Program-made: the position numbers and the translations under genes
DNA from: Takakia lepidozioides
Taxonomy: Eukaryota; Plantae; Bryophyta
DNA: 64,000 bases
Assembly (NCBI GenBank): GCA_030704615.1
Contig: CM060731.1
Coordinates: 29,264,001-29,328,000, forward strand
Direction of reading: 5' to 3'
The notes under the pieces: model-generated
Told to the model about the DNA's origin: nothing
What the model saw: only the letters and a program-made list of their open reading frames with translations
Databases searched by the model: none
Shown here: in pieces, positions 62,501 to 64,000 of the stretch
Numbering within the stretch: position 1 is the stretch's first letter
How the letters are laid out: every line of letters starts with the position of its first letter

Positions 62501-64000
62501 CCATCCATAGACCTACTTGCCTCGATCGGTCCATCACTATAAGGTCCAAGACACAATTGCATCTCCTTCTGAGACATTAGCAACAAGGGAGTGCTTCAGG
62601 AGTGGAGATCTTGAGCTGAAGTTCCCCATGAGAATGATGGGAAGCCTGCTGTCGGTGCGGGTAAAACCCACTGCTGAAGCAAGCACCTGCCTATACGCTC
62701 TGCATCAGCAGCAGTCAATGCCGGACAACGTTGGGAGACTGCTGACAGCAATGATTTGACTGCAGGATAGCCTTCCCGGGAAAATGTCCCACTTTCCCCA
62801 CCTGTCTCTGCTGTCACGTTGTCGAGGACACCGGAAATAACACTACTCACATTCTCGGTCACTTCCGGACATGCCTCCACAATTTCAGCTATGTAGCCAA
62901 TGACCTCTACAAAGTAAGTATCACAAAATTCCGAGCTGAATGAGAGAGCACCGTCCTTCGCAAAAGACGGAACTGCCTGCAAAAATTCCAAGACAAGGGA
63001 CAGACACTTTGTTTGATCCCGATCACCACAGCGAGACCGGAAAACATAGCGAGCCATTCAGAATTCCATCACACTGACGCTTCGTGACATGCACTGTCCC
63101 CCGCAGCATAGAGCCAGGAGTTGGACACTGACTCCACAACAACGCAATCCCCCCGTCCTGCAGGGCCTCATTCTCTGCAACCACATCACAAAATTCTTTC
63201 AACGCATTCATTCTGCTCCTGCCCTCTCTCCTTTCATCAGCTACAATCCACCTCCCACATGCTCATTGCAGCAATCTCACAGCACAGCCCCGACGAGAGA
63301 TCCGTGGAATAGTCTCTCTAGAATCTGAAGCCCATCCCGTCCGAAGCATTTTTCGAGGCCCGAGCCTGGTTTCATTGATAGTGCACGACTTTGGACGGAC
63401 GTTATAGAATATTCTGAGAATATTCTATTTATATCCTGCAGAAATCTGGACCGTTGACTGAATGAAAAGCGTGTTGGTGGGGCCGCCACGTTGCAGAATC
63501 AAGATGTCAAGATCCACAACGCAAGCATCTTATAGGCCTTTGAAATTTGCTCAGGTTCGGTCCCAGCTTCGGCGAGTGGTCAGGAACCCAAACCTCTTTC
63601 CAAGCCACAGACATGGAATCGTGATCTTCTGCGGAGCATAACCGGACCTGTAACGAGCCTATCCCGAGCCTATGCCTCCAGTCTGCTGTGGAAGCACGCT
63701 CTCCGTTTCTCGACGTGCGTGGGAGTTTGCGTGAGTGTGTTGTCTCTCTGCACGATTGATGCGGGAGAATCATCCGACGTTGCCGGCTGCAGCTCAGGTA
63801 TCTCCCACTTCTTGCTTGAAACCTTCTTTCTCTTGGGTTTCAACAAGTCTGTCCTCTCTTTTCTCGTTTTGAATTTTGTTTGACTGATGTCTTGTGTGCA
63901 TCACGCTTTTATATCCGGCTTACTCTGAGGCCGAGCTCTATAGCTTTCTTCCTTTTCCCTCTGGGTTTTTCTTTCGGTCTTTTCTCAACATTTTCTGTTC

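Larger units (their letters stand above)
46599..63211 (-). pseudogene. PI4KA1: Phosphatidylinositol 4-kinase alpha (type III), multi-exon, with multiple frameshifts, stops and deletions
   Basis: MNALKEFCDVVAEN; LFRNLWFYIVLFGLAPP; KWLEDELELNELHNPGS; FFMPQLIQSLRYD; IPLQSATKVPIMITF; VGDDCRQDVLALQVI; LLQPKDRHNGNLLFD; IDFGFILETSPGGN; YDLIQYLQQGIER*. Lesions include frameshifts at ~63060, ~61800 and ~46770 and an in-frame TAA at ~49784. Confidence 0.88.

Overview
Gene-dense nuclear genomic DNA from a land plant, probably a bryophyte (inferred from short GT-AG introns and PLS-DYW PPR genes; the species cannot be identified). Apparently intact host genes are a DUF1295/steroid-reductase-like gene (3' part), SPF30/SMNDC1, mitochondrial CcmH, PsaE and a secreted GNA-type lectin. 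They alternate with damaged genes: an inverted pair of PLS-DYW PPR copies, a third PPR-DYW gene with a TGA at the conserved PG-box Trp, a SAHH last-exon remnant, a lipoxygenase pseudogene and a heavily lesioned 16.6-kb PI4K-alpha gene. Mobile DNA comprises a ~9.5-kb degenerate Helentron-type element (OTU, 3 Myb-like repeats, Rep, PIF1 helicase and endonuclease, plus an RPA-like gene), a non-coding TIR-like element carrying seven ~250-bp repeats built around a 36-bp palindrome whose loop occurs in both orientations, an RNase H/CCHC/RLE (Dualen-like) retrotransposon fragment, a Ty3/Gypsy LTR-PBS-gag fragment and a long-TIR element with a 6-bp TSD. All family assignments come from motif recognition by eye; no searches were run.
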